A stretch of 64,000 nt of DNA from Acidobacteriota bacterium (GTDB taxonomy: Bacteria; Acidobacteriota; Vicinamibacteria; Marinacidobacterales; Marinacidobacteraceae): positions 28,156 through 92,155 of the forward strand of contig VXNL01000074.1 of the NCBI GenBank assembly GCA_009840635.1, read 5' to 3'. The notes beneath the pieces are model-generated. The model ran no database searches. It saw nothing but the letters and a program-made list of their open reading frames with translations, and had not been told where the DNA came from. Shown here one piece after another: positions 38,035-47,314 of this stretch; the first letter of the stretch is position 1; every line of letters starts with the position of its first letter. Made by a program: the position numbers and the translations under genes.

Positions 38035-41000
38035 GCCGGGAGGGAAGCGGCGGCGCCCGCGGTGTCCGGTTCCGTTGCCGCGGCGATCCAGTCCTCCACC
38101 TCGGCGCCGATCTGCATCGAGATCAGCCGGGAAACACCGGGTTCCTCCATCGTGACTCCGAACAGATGCTCGCACGCCTCCATCGTCAGCCGGTTGTGGG
38201 TGATGACGACGAGCTGGGTATCCCGCTTGAGCTCGTCCAGCATGGATGCGAACCGCCGCACGTTCGCGTCGTCGAGAGGAGCGTCCACCTCGTCCAGGAG
38301 GCAGAAGGGCGCCGGACGATAGCGGAAGAGGGCGATGAGGAACGCAATGGCCGTCATGGCCTTTTCCCCACCCGAGAGGAGGCGGACGCTCTGCAGCTTC
38401 TTGCCGGGCGGCTGGGCCGCAATCTCCACCCCGAGCTGGGCATCCTCCGGCATTTCCGGGGCGAGCGATCCCGGTTCGGGGTTCCAGGCCTCGAACTCTT
38501 CACCGGTCCCCGCGGCCGCCGATTCGCCGACCCCGTTTTCCGAACTTCCGGACGCCGCCCGGTCCGGATTCCCGCCAGCGGGGTCGGCGCCCCGGCCCGT
38601 TCCCTTGGCCGTATCCGCCGACTCGCGGGAACCGGGAGGAGGCGTCGCGACCAGCCGCAGTTCGGCGCGGCCGCCCCCGAAGAGTTGCCGGAAGGCCTCG
38701 TCGAACCCGGCGCTGACCGCCTCGAAACCCTCGCGGAAGATGCGGCGGGCCTCGCGGTCCTGGCGGCGGATTGCGGCGAGGCCGTCGGCGATGCCGTGTT
38801 CCACGTCCCGGAGGTGTGATTCGGGTTCGCGGCGTTCCGCCTGCAACTCGCGGAGCCGCGCTTCGGCAATCTCGTTCACCGGACCCAGGTTCCGGATGCG
38901 GTCCTGCACCTCGGCAATCTCCTCCGCAAGATCCTCGCGGGACCGGCCGCGGAGCGGCGCCGGAAGGGACGCGGCCGCGTCAGCGAGCGAACGTCCGCCC
39001 GAGCGCTGGAACTCGCCCTCCAACTCCCGCAGGAGACCCTGCGCTTCCTGGGTTCCCGACCGGACCTTGTGCAGGTTCTCTTCGAGGTCGCGGATTTCCG
39101 CCGTCCGGATGCGCGCGGCCTCGACGGCGCCTTCGAGCCGGGTTCGCAGGTCGCCGGCCACGCCGGCCAAGGTTCCTTCCCGGGCTTCCCAATCCCTGAT
39201 GGCGGTTTCGGCCGACTCCCGCTCGCGAAGCGCGGCCGCGCGCCGCGTCCGCCATTCCTCTTCTTCCCGCCCAGCCGCGGCGTGCTCGGCGCGGATTCGG
39301 TCCAGCCGCTGACGGTCGTCCCGGACCTGCCCCTCGAGAGCCCGCGCCCGGCCCGCGACTTCTTCGGCCACCGCGTTGTGGCGCGCCAGTTCACGGTCGG
39401 CGTCGCGCCACTGCCCCTCGCGGGCCTCGAGCTCGCGCCGAAGGGCCGCGTGGGCTCGGTCCCGCTCGCCGAGTTCGCGGGACGCTTCCTGGAGCCGCGC
39501 CTCGTCGCGAGCCAGCTGCGCCGCCGCGCGGGCATCGGCCTTCTCGTTGCCCTCCGCTTCCTCGGTGTGCCGGGAGACCTCCGCTTCCAGCTCTTCGATT
39601 CGCGTCGAGACGTCGTCGAAGGTCTCCCCGCGCCGGTCCGCCTCGAGCAGGAGCCGGTGGGCGAGGTTCTCCGCCCGCGCCAGCGTCTGCCGCAGATCCT
39701 CGACCGCTGATCGAGCTTTTTCCGCCGCCTCCCGGGCGCCGGTCGAGGCGCGGGCCAGCCGGGCCAACTGCCGGGTTCCCTCACGCTTCCGGGTTTCGAG
39801 TTCGGTCACTTCGCGCCGCGTGCTCAGGAAGCCCTCACCCGGCCCGCCCCGGCCGAACCGCACGACTCCGGGAGGCGTCACGCTGGCCCCGTCCCGAGTC
39901 ACGTAGGCGCCGGGCTTCCTCAGGAAAGCTCGAAGCGCCTCCGTCAGGTCCGCGGTGACCACCGCATCCGGAATGGCAGGCTGGAGTCCCGGATCCTTCG
40001 GTCTCAGGTGGTCGCCCAACCGATCGTCTTCATCCTTCACGACCCGCTCCCGAGACGCGCAGGCTTCGAGCAGCTCGGATACCAGGACCTCCGAGGGACC
40101 GGCCTGCTGGCCGCCAAGTTCCTCGACAAGACCCGAGACATCGGCCACGCGGTCGATCCGGATGCGATGAACGCCGAGGAGCCGCTCCGCCGCCCGCTCG
40201 TATCCCGGGTCCACCTCCACCAGCTCGCCGAGCGCGCCGCCGGGCGCGAGTCCGCGGCGGCGAGCCGCCTCAACGACTTTCGAGGCACTTTCGCCCAGTT
40301 GGTTGCGCGACGCGAGCAGCGCCTCGAGGGCCCGGTGGCGGTCCGAAAGGGCGGCCTGTTCCTCCGCGGCCCTCGCCTCTTCGTCACGCGCCGCCTGCGC
40401 CCTGGAGGTCGCCGAACGCCACCCCGCTTCGGCCGTCTCGAGCCGGCCGCGCAGACCGGTGATTTCGTCCTCCTGCGCCCGGACCCGCAAACGCGCTCCG
40501 GCGAGGCCCCGGGTCGCGTGATCCAGGCGGGCGGCGAGCTCCCGGCGACTCCCCGAAAGTCCCAGTCCGGCCGCCGACAGGCGCTCGCGCCGGGTCGCGT
40601 ACTGGTCCCGTGACATCCGGAACGATCGGACGCTCGCCCGCAGGCGATCCACCTCCCGCCCCAGTTCCCACAGCCGGGAGTGGGCCTCGCGTTCCTCGGC
40701 CAGCGCCCGGTCCCGGGCCGCCACCCGCTCGGTGGCCGCCTCGGTCAACTCGGCCAGCCGGTCGGGGAACTCCCCGGCGCGGCGCTCACTCTCCTGCCGC
40801 TCGATCTCGAGATCGTCAAGCCGGGCTTCGAGGGCCGTGGCCTCCGCGTCGAGACGGGATACCTGCGAGGCGCGGATCCCGGCGGCTCGGGCGCCTTCGT
40901 CGAGGAGTGCGGCCGCGCGAGCCCGACGCGCTCCCAGATCGCCGATTTCCCGGGTCGCTTCGCGAAGTTCGAACTCGGTGCCGGTGGCCTGCTCCCGAAG

Positions 41001-41951
41001 AGCCTCCACGAACCGTTCGAAGGCTCCGAGGCTCCGGGACCGGCGGGCGCGCTCCGCGCCAAGGGCATCTTCCGGAGCGGAGTTTTCGCGGATGCGGGAG
41101 AAGAGTTCCTCGCGTCGCGCCGCCTTCTCGGCAACACCGAGCATCTGCGCCTGTTCCGAGGCCTCACGAACCCGGCTCGCGGTTCGCGAGTCGCGCCGCG
41201 CCACCCGGATGTACCGGTCCAGTTCACGAAGCCGCTCGCGCACGCGCTCGAGCGCCTTCTCGGCCGCCCGCAGGTTCGCCTCGCTCTCCCGTCGATTCAG
41301 GCGATAGGCGCCGAGTCCGACCGCCTCGTCGACCAGCAGCCGTAGATCGGCGGGTTTGCGGCTGAGAACGTCGTTGGCGCGCCCCTGCTCGATCAGCGCG
41401 TAGGACCCCGGGCCGAGTCCGGTTCCGGCGAACAGCCGCCGGATCTCTCGCCGGGTGCACCGCCGGCCGTCCATTTCGTAAACGGACTGTCCGCTGGCGT
41501 CCACGCGGCGGCTGACGACCACGTTCCGCCGGAAACCACCGGCCGCCCCGCCGTCTTCCGGGATCGGTCCGGCGGCGCCGTTGCCGGGGATCCTGGGCGG
41601 CGCGCCCGACTCGGGCGGAACACCGTTTCCGGCAACCGCGTCCGCTCCGTTCCTCGGGACGCCGTTTTCGGACTCTCCCGGTTCCGAACCCCGGGCCCCG
41701 CTGACGTGGAGCCGCACCTCGGCGACCCCGAGGGGCTCGCGCAGAGCGCTCCCACTGAAGATGAGCTCCTTTCCCCGCGCCCGGATCGTGCCGGCGCCCA
41801 GCTCACCGAGCACCCAGAAGACCGCGTCGGCGATGTTGCTCTTGCCGCAGCCGTTCGGCCCCACCACCGCCGTGGCGCCCTCCCCGAACTCCAGCGTCAC
41901 CGGCTCGGCGAAACTCTTGAATCCGGCGATCTCGAGCCGCTCGATCCTCAC
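38031..41951 (-). CDS. smc: Chromosome partition protein SMC
   Basis: GFKSFA, Walker A GPNGCGKSN, long coiled coils, hinge, LGPVN, LLSGGEKA, LLDEVDAPLD, VITHN. Confidence 0.95.
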   Translation of the reverse strand: MRIERLEIAGFKSFAEPVTLEFGEGATAVVGPNGCGKSNIADAVFWVLGELGAGTIRARGKELIFSGSALREPLGVAEVRLHVSGARGSEPGESENGVPRNGADAVAGNGVPPESGAPPRIPGNGAAGPIPEDGGAAGGFRRNVVVSRRVDASGQSVYEMDGRRCTRREIRRLFAGTGLGPGSYALIEQGRANDVLSRKPADLRLLVDEAVGLGAYRLNRRESEANLRAAEKALERVRERLRELDRYIRVARRDSRTASRVREASEQAQMLGVAEKAARREELFSRIRENSAPEDALGAERARRSRSLGAFERFVEALREQATGTEFELREATREIGDLGARRARAAALLDEGARAAGIRASQVSRLDAEATALEARLDDLEIERQESERRAGEFPDRLAELTEAATERVAARDRALAEEREAHSRLWELGREVDRLRASVRSFRMSRDQYATRRERLSAAGLGLSGSRRELAARLDHATRGLAGARLRVRAQEDEITGLRGRLETAEAGWRSATSRAQAARDEEARAAEEQAALSDRHRALEALLASRNQLGESASKVVEAARRRGLAPGGALGELVEVDPGYERAAERLLGVHRIRIDRVADVSGLVEELGGQQAGPSEVLVSELLEACASRERVVKDEDDRLGDHLRPKDPGLQPAIPDAVVTADLTEALRAFLRKPGAYVTRDGASVTPPGVVRFGRGGPGEGFLSTRREVTELETRKREGTRQLARLARASTGAREAAEKARSAVEDLRQTLARAENLAHRLLLEADRRGETFDDVSTRIEELEAEVSRHTEEAEGNEKADARAAAQLARDEARLQEASRELGERDRAHAALRRELEAREGQWRDADRELARHNAVAEEVAGRARALEGQVRDDRQRLDRIRAEHAAAGREEEEWRTRRAAALRERESAETAIRDWEAREGTLAGVAGDLRTRLEGAVEAARIRTAEIRDLEENLHKVRSGTQEAQGLLRELEGEFQRSGGRSLADAAASLPAPLRGRSREDLAEEIAEVQDRIRNLGPVNEIAEARLRELQAERREPESHLRDVEHGIADGLAAIRRQDREARRIFREGFEAVSAGFDEAFRQLFGGGRAELRLVATPPPGSRESADTAKGTGRGADPAGGNPDRAASGSSENGVGESAAAGTGEEFEAWNPEPGSLAPEMPEDAQLGVEIAAQPPGKKLQSVRLLSGGEKAMTAIAFLIALFRYRPAPFCLLDEVDAPLDDANVRRFASMLDELKRDTQLVVITHNRLTMEACEHLFGVTMEEPGVSRLISMQIGAEVEDWIAAATEPDTAGAAASLPA

Positions 41952-42024
41952 TCGCTGATCACCTGAAGATTGTGGCTGCGGCGCTGCCGAACCCGAGCGT
42001 ATTCTACGCCGTCAGCGGGCTCGC

Positions 42025-42072
42025 CCACAACATGTTGTGTTTCGAGGGCGGTGTACCCCCAAGATACGGTGG
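42025..42072. promoter_or_regulatory. Tandem NrdR-box-like sites upstream of smc
   Basis: CCACAACATGTTGTGT (42025-42040) and CCCCAAGATACGGTGG (42057-42072), starts 32 bp apart, the same arrangement as upstream of nrdJ. Confidence 0.65.
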
Positions 42073-42152
42073 GTCTGCGATCCAGGACGCAGAGGGAGCA
42101 CTCCCACCGAATGCAGTCCCATAGGTCTGCCAACCTCCGTGACGGGCCGCCA

Positions 42153-42315
42153 GCCTGGAGCGCCGGCTTCACCGGCACTGCCCGCCGCCGGCGGGCGGAG
42201 GGACGGACCTCGTCCGTGGAGGACGAGCCTCCGCCCGGAACATCCGGCAACACGGCGATTCGCCGTTCCGCTGCGCTCCGCGCAGCGGGTGCCGGCTGAA
42301 GCCGGCGTTCCAAGC
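42153..42315. repeat. Inverted REP-like doublet (family 2; REPIN/BIME-like)
   Basis: GCCTGGAGCGCCGGCTTCACCGGCAC (42153-42178) and GTGCCGGCTGAAGCCGGCGTTCCAAGC (42289-42315) in opposite orientation with hairpins between them. Confidence 0.7.
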
Positions 42316-42340
42316 CGCCCCACCTCCTTCACCGGCTCCG

Positions 42341-42522
42341 AGGGGCCGGTGGGCGGGGTGGGGTGAGCGCCGAGAGTGGGGAGGCGCCTGGCTGACAAGG
42401 CGCGCGAGGGAGGAATACCGGGTGTATTTCGACCGAAGCGCAACGACGAGCGAGCCGAAGGCGAGCGGTCAGCCGGGATGCATCGCCACTCGAACGCCGC
42501 CCCACCCCGTCCACCGGCTCCT
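42341..42522 (+). repeat. Structured intergenic repeat family 1, copy D
   Basis: Same core (GCTGACAAGGCGCGCGAGGGAGGAATACCGGGTGTATTTCGACCGAAGCGCAACG); outer stem GGGGCCGGTGGGCGGGGTGGGG...CCCCACCCCGTCCACCGGCTCC. Confidence 0.88.
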
Positions 42523-42541
42523 ACAATCCGGCAAGTCCGCC

Positions 42542-44812
42542 GTGGGTCTCCTCAGCCGCTACATCGTCCGGCTCATCGCCCCCGGCGTCTTCCTCGGGAC
42601 CGCCGTCTTCCTGTTCGCGCTGCTGCTGAACGAACTGATCGTCAACATCGAGCTGATCGTCACCCAGGGAGCGAACCCGGGAACGGTGGGGATGGCCTTT
42701 GCTCAGTTGATCCCGGCGCTCCTGGCCGTAGCCGTCCCGAGCGCCCTGCTGCTCGGGATCCTGCTCGCGCTGAACCGGCTGTCCAGCGGACACGAACTCA
42801 TCGCCATGCGAGCCGGCGGAATCTCTCCCTGGCGTCTTCTGGTTCCGATCGGGACCGCGGCGGGAGTCACGTTCGGTCTGTGCCTGTGGTTGATGCTGGA
42901 CGTAGTACCGCCGGCGAACCAGCGGTTCGTCGAGCTGAGAGACGACCTCCTGAGTTCCCGGCTGCGCACCGAGATCGAGCCGCGCATGTTCTATGACGAG
43001 CTCCTCGACGGCCGGGTCCTGCTCGTGGGCGCCGTGCCTCCGGGCGAGGACGGCTGGAGGCGTGTCTTTCTCGCCGATACCGCGCGCGTCGACGAGCCGA
43101 CCATCTTCGTCGCGGACCGCGGACGGCTGGTGACGGTCGCCGAAGAGCGGCTGGCGTTTCTCGAACTCACCGACGTGGAAGTCCACAATGCCGGGCTCGA
43201 CGATCCGGGGCAGTACCGCATTCAGCGCGCGGAGCGGATCCGCCTGCCGCTAGATGCCGAGGAGGTGTTCGGCCCGGAAACCCCGAGTGTCAGCCACAGC
43301 GCCCGGGCCATGATGCTGCCCGATCTCGTAGCCGCCTACGAAGGCACCGACCACCCGATCTACCTGGTCGAGATTCACAAGAAGTTCGCGTTTCCCTTCG
43401 CCTGCCTCGCCTTCGGACTGCTCGGGCTGGGCATCGGGATCCGGCCGTCGGCGGGACCGACGCGCGCTGGATCGTTCGCCGTGGCCATCCTCGTGATCCT
43501 CGCCTGGTACGCACCGAACGCGTTTGGCGAACAACTCGCCGGGGCGGGAGAGCTGTCCCCCTGGATCGCCATGTGGGGAGCCAACATCGCGACGGTGGCC
43601 GCCGGCATCGCCCTGCTGGCCCTGGCTTCGAGGGAATTGCACCCGCTGGAGGCGGCCGGTCGCCTCCTCGGCCGGCTGTGGCGCCTGGTCCCCCGCCGCC
43701 GTTCGGCGGTGCGCCGGTGGCGTCCGCCGGGACTGCCCACGATCCTGGACCGCTACGTGGTTGCCCGCTACCTCACGTTCCTGTTGATAGCGCTGGCCGC
43801 GCTGCTCTCCTGGGAACTGATCGGCCTGCTCAACGCGGTGATCGGCGACGCCTTCGAGCGGGACATCCCGACTTCCACCGTGCTTCGCTACCTCGGCCTC
43901 TCCGTTCCGGGGTTCACGGCCCAGATGTTTCCGCTCGCGACCCTCACGGCGACGCTCGTGACTTTCGGCCTCCTGAGCCGTCACAACGAGGTGACGGCGT
44001 TTCTCGCCGGGGGGATCAGTCGCGCGCGCCTCGTGGTCCCGGCGCTCGCCACCGGACTGCTCGTGAGCGGCGCCGGCTTCGGGCTGCAGGAACGGCTGAT
44101 ACCCCAAACGGCGCCCCAGGCCGAAGACACCGGCGCCCGCATCCGGGGCGAGGCGCGGCGGACGGTCAATCCGCTGGAACGGCACTGGGGATTGGGGCCC
44201 CAGGGACAGATCTACCACTACGACGAGTTCGACGCGGACAACGTGGTCCTGAGCGGGCTGTCCGTATTCCGGCTCAGTCCGGAAGGCGCCTCGCTCGCCG
44301 CGCGCAGCTACGCGGCTTCCGCCCACTGGTCGGCGGCGGAAGCGACCTGGACCGGGATCGGAGGCTGGGAGCGCGACCTCCATGGCGGCCGCGCCGCCGA
44401 GCCGTTCGCCGTGCGGGAGATTCCGGACGTTTCGGTACCGGATGCACTTCTCAAGGTGGACCTGGCCACCGACCACCTTCCCTATCGCGACCTGGAGCAA
44501 CGTATCGAAACGATCGAGGCGGCGGGTCACCGCGATCCGGTGCTTCACGTAGCCCTCGAGACCAAGACCTCCCTGCCCTTCGCATCGCTGGTCACGGTGC
44601 TCATCGGGCTTCCGTTCGCATTCCGGAGGACGAATCAGAGCGCCTGGGCGAGCGCCGCCATCGCCTTCGCGATCGCGATCGTCTATCTGGTGGCCACCCA
44701 GTTCTTCCGTTCCATCGGGAACGCGGAACTGCTCGACCCGGTGCTGGCGGCGTGGTCCCCGAACCTCTTCTTCGGGCTCGCTTCGGTCTTCCTGCTGCTG
44801 CAGCGTCGTTAG
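42542..44812 (+). CDS. Fused LptF-LptG LPS export ABC permease
   Basis: Two tandem YjgP/YjgQ domains: LSRYI...ELIAMRAGGIS...EIHKKFAFPFAC and ILDRYV...NEVTAFLAGGIS...LAAWSPN. Confidence 0.88.
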   Translation: MGLLSRYIVRLIAPGVFLGTAVFLFALLLNELIVNIELIVTQGANPGTVGMAFAQLIPALLAVAVPSALLLGILLALNRLSSGHELIAMRAGGISPWRLLVPIGTAAGVTFGLCLWLMLDVVPPANQRFVELRDDLLSSRLRTEIEPRMFYDELLDGRVLLVGAVPPGEDGWRRVFLADTARVDEPTIFVADRGRLVTVAEERLAFLELTDVEVHNAGLDDPGQYRIQRAERIRLPLDAEEVFGPETPSVSHSARAMMLPDLVAAYEGTDHPIYLVEIHKKFAFPFACLAFGLLGLGIGIRPSAGPTRAGSFAVAILVILAWYAPNAFGEQLAGAGELSPWIAMWGANIATVAAGIALLALASRELHPLEAAGRLLGRLWRLVPRRRSAVRRWRPPGLPTILDRYVVARYLTFLLIALAALLSWELIGLLNAVIGDAFERDIPTSTVLRYLGLSVPGFTAQMFPLATLTATLVTFGLLSRHNEVTAFLAGGISRARLVVPALATGLLVSGAGFGLQERLIPQTAPQAEDTGARIRGEARRTVNPLERHWGLGPQGQIYHYDEFDADNVVLSGLSVFRLSPEGASLAARSYAASAHWSAAEATWTGIGGWERDLHGGRAAEPFAVREIPDVSVPDALLKVDLATDHLPYRDLEQRIETIEAAGHRDPVLHVALETKTSLPFASLVTVLIGLPFAFRRTNQSAWASAAIAFAIAIVYLVATQFFRSIGNAELLDPVLAAWSPNLFFGLASVFLLLQRR

Positions 44813-44827
44813 CGCGCTGAAACGTCG

Positions 44828-45961
44828 TTAGCCGAAGAGCTCCCCCGGGCCCAGCAGGGTGCCCGGAGGCGTCTCGGCGCCGGCGGCGACGCTGGCGCCC
44901 GCTCCCAGACAGGCCCCGACGACCGGAACTCCCACGCGCGCCGTGTGTTCGAGCACCTGGATCCGCTCGACCGGACCCGAGCGGAGGCGTGCGCCTTCTC
45001 CGATCGAGGCGCCACGACCGAGCACGCTGTCCCGGACGATCGCTCCGGCGCCCACGCTCGCCCCTTCCATCAGCACCGCCCGTTCCACCTCGGCGCCGGC
45101 GCCGATTCGCGCCCCGGCGCCGAGTTCCACCGGTCCCACCAGACGGGCTTCGGAGTGAACGGATGCGCCCTCGCCGACGAAGACGGCCCCTTCTCCCATT
45201 TCCCCGGTGCTGGTCTCGAATCCGAGCGCCCGGGCCCCCTCCCCCGCAGGGTCTCCGCCAAACAGCGGCACGATCCGTCCGATGACGTCCCACGGGTAGG
45301 TCAGCGGGATCCAGGGACGCCGGGCGCGCACCGCGCGCACGCCGGGAGAGCGCGCCAGGATTCGAATGAGGTCCGGGAGTTCAAGTTCGCCGCGCACGCT
45401 CTCGCGGACCTCCCCGAGGTGGTCCAGGTCTTCCCGCCTCAGCGAATAGGCGCCCACGCTGCTCAGCTCCCAGGGCCGGGCCGCCGGGGGCTTTTCCTGG
45501 ACATCCACCAGCCAGTCATCTTCGGTGACCGTGACTGTCGCCCGGTTCCAGGGGTCGCTCGCCTCCTTGCAGAGAATCGCCGTCGGGTGCGCGCTCACCC
45601 GCGCCAGGTCGTCGTGGTGGTAGAAGTCGTCGCCGTTGAGAACGAGGACCGGTCCGCGGACGGCGGCGGCCGCGACCCGCAGCGCGTCGGCGGTCCCGCG
45701 GGCGCTCTTCTGTTCCACGGGCACGAGGCGGATTCCCGCGTAGCGCGTTCCGAAGTGATCGAGGATGCGTTCCTTCTGGTACCCGACCACCAGTACCGCG
45801 GTGTCCACGACGCCGCGCAACTGGTCGAGTACCCGCTCGGTGAGCGGGCGGCCCCACAGCGGCAGGAGCGGCTTCGGAAAGTCCGCGGTCAGCGGCCAGG
45901 TCCGCTGTGACCTGCCGGCCAGGAGGATGACGGCGGTGGGCCGGGGGGAACCTGCCGTCAC
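44828..45961 (-). CDS. Sugar-1-phosphate nucleotidyltransferase with left-handed beta-helix C-terminus (archaeal GlmU-like)
   Basis: AVILLAGRSQRTWPLTADFPKPLLP, GTADAL, LNGDD, SVRGELELPD, LTYPWD, hexapeptide repeats. Confidence 0.8.
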   Translation of the reverse strand: MTAGSPRPTAVILLAGRSQRTWPLTADFPKPLLPLWGRPLTERVLDQLRGVVDTAVLVVGYQKERILDHFGTRYAGIRLVPVEQKSARGTADALRVAAAAVRGPVLVLNGDDFYHHDDLARVSAHPTAILCKEASDPWNRATVTVTEDDWLVDVQEKPPAARPWELSSVGAYSLRREDLDHLGEVRESVRGELELPDLIRILARSPGVRAVRARRPWIPLTYPWDVIGRIVPLFGGDPAGEGARALGFETSTGEMGEGAVFVGEGASVHSEARLVGPVELGAGARIGAGAEVERAVLMEGASVGAGAIVRDSVLGRGASIGEGARLRSGPVERIQVLEHTARVGVPVVGACLGAGASVAAGAETPPGTLLGPGELFG

Positions 45962-46149
45962 CGATTCTCCCCGGTTCGCACGATGACGAGGCAACCGCGA
46001 GCCCCGGATCCTGATTGGAATTCGGCTGCTATCATCGCGCGCTCTCCCGAGCATCGAATCCCGAGGCGAACGGCGAAGATCGCCTCTCACTACCGGTCAA
46101 GACCCCAGAGCGAGGAAGGCGTCCCGTAAGCGTGCAACAACACCGCGAC

Positions 46150-47295
46150 ATGCGGCTCTTCACCTCGGAGTCGGTGACCGAAGGCCATCCGGACAAGGTC
46201 GCGGACCAGATTTCGGACGCCATTCTCGACACGTTCCTGACTCGGGACCCCCTGGCCCGGGTCGCCTGCGAAACGCTCGTCACCGCCGGCCGGGCGGTGA
46301 TCGCCGGGGAAGCGACGGCGCGGAGCGGGCCCTCGCCGGAAGAGCTCGAAACCGTGGTGCGCCGGACGATCCGGCGCATCGGATACACCGGGAGGAACGA
46401 CGACTTCGACGCCGACGCGGTGGACGTCCAGATCCACATGGGCCGGCAGACCGCGGACATCGCGATGGGCGTGGACTCGGGGGGCGCGGGGGACCAGGGA
46501 ATGATGTTCGGCTTCGCCTGCGACGAGACGCCGGAGCTGATGCCGCTGCCCATCATGCTGGCTCACCGGATCACGAGGCGCCTGACCGAGGCGCGCACCA
46601 GTGGCGACATCCCGTATCTGGGCCCGGACGGAAAGGCGCAGGTCACCGTGGCCTACAACGGAGCCGGGAATCCCGTTTCGGTCCCTACGGTCGTCGCATC
46701 CTCGCAACACGCGGAAGAAGCTACCGGTCGCGTCGTGCGCGACATCGAAGAAATGGTGGTGCTCCCGGTGCTGCCGGAGGGATTCCGCGCCGGCTCGCCG
46801 GCGGTCCTCGTCAATCCGACCGGCAAGTTCGTGGAGGGCGGCCCGGCGGCCGACTGCGGACTCACGGGCCGGAAGATTATCGTTGACACCTACGGCGGGA
46901 TGGCCCGCCACGGAGGCGGCGCCTTTTCCGGCAAGGACCCGACGAAGGTGGATCGCTCGGCGGCCTACATGGCCCGCTGCATCGCCAAGAACATCGTCGC
47001 CGCGAAACTCGCGCGCCGGGCCGAGGTGCAGATCGCGTACGCGATCGGCCGCGCGGAGCCGGTCTCGGTTCGGGTGGATACCTTTGGTACCGGGAAGGTG
47101 GACGACGCGGCCATCGAACGTGCCGTCCGGGAGGTCTTCGGGTTGACTCCCGGCGAGATCATCGCGTACTTCGACCTGCGCCGGCCCATCTACGAAAACA
47201 CCGCCAAGGGCGGCCACTTCGGGCACGAAGACCCGGGGTTCCCCTGGGAGAGTACCGAGCGCGCGCAGGCGTTGGCCGCCGCCGTCGGCCGTTAG
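46150..47295 (+). CDS. metK: S-adenosylmethionine synthetase
   Basis: [52 protein letters not shown] at 46132 is an alternative start. Confidence 0.98.
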   Translation: MRLFTSESVTEGHPDKVADQISDAILDTFLTRDPLARVACETLVTAGRAVIAGEATARSGPSPEELETVVRRTIRRIGYTGRNDDFDADAVDVQIHMGRQTADIAMGVDSGGAGDQGMMFGFACDETPELMPLPIMLAHRITRRLTEARTSGDIPYLGPDGKAQVTVAYNGAGNPVSVPTVVASSQHAEEATGRVVRDIEEMVVLPVLPEGFRAGSPAVLVNPTGKFVEGGPAADCGLTGRKIIVDTYGGMARHGGGAFSGKDPTKVDRSAAYMARCIAKNIVAAKLARRAEVQIAYAIGRAEPVSVRVDTFGTGKVDDAAIERAVREVFGLTPGEIIAYFDLRRPIYENTAKGGHFGHEDPGFPWESTERAQALAAAVGR

Positions 47296-47314
47296 GCACC
47301 AATTCGCGGCGGGA

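Noticed and set aside
42542-44812. LptF-LptG fusion as a novelty
   Set aside because: The fusion is real, but to my knowledge such fusions are already annotated in Acidobacteria; kept as a feature only.
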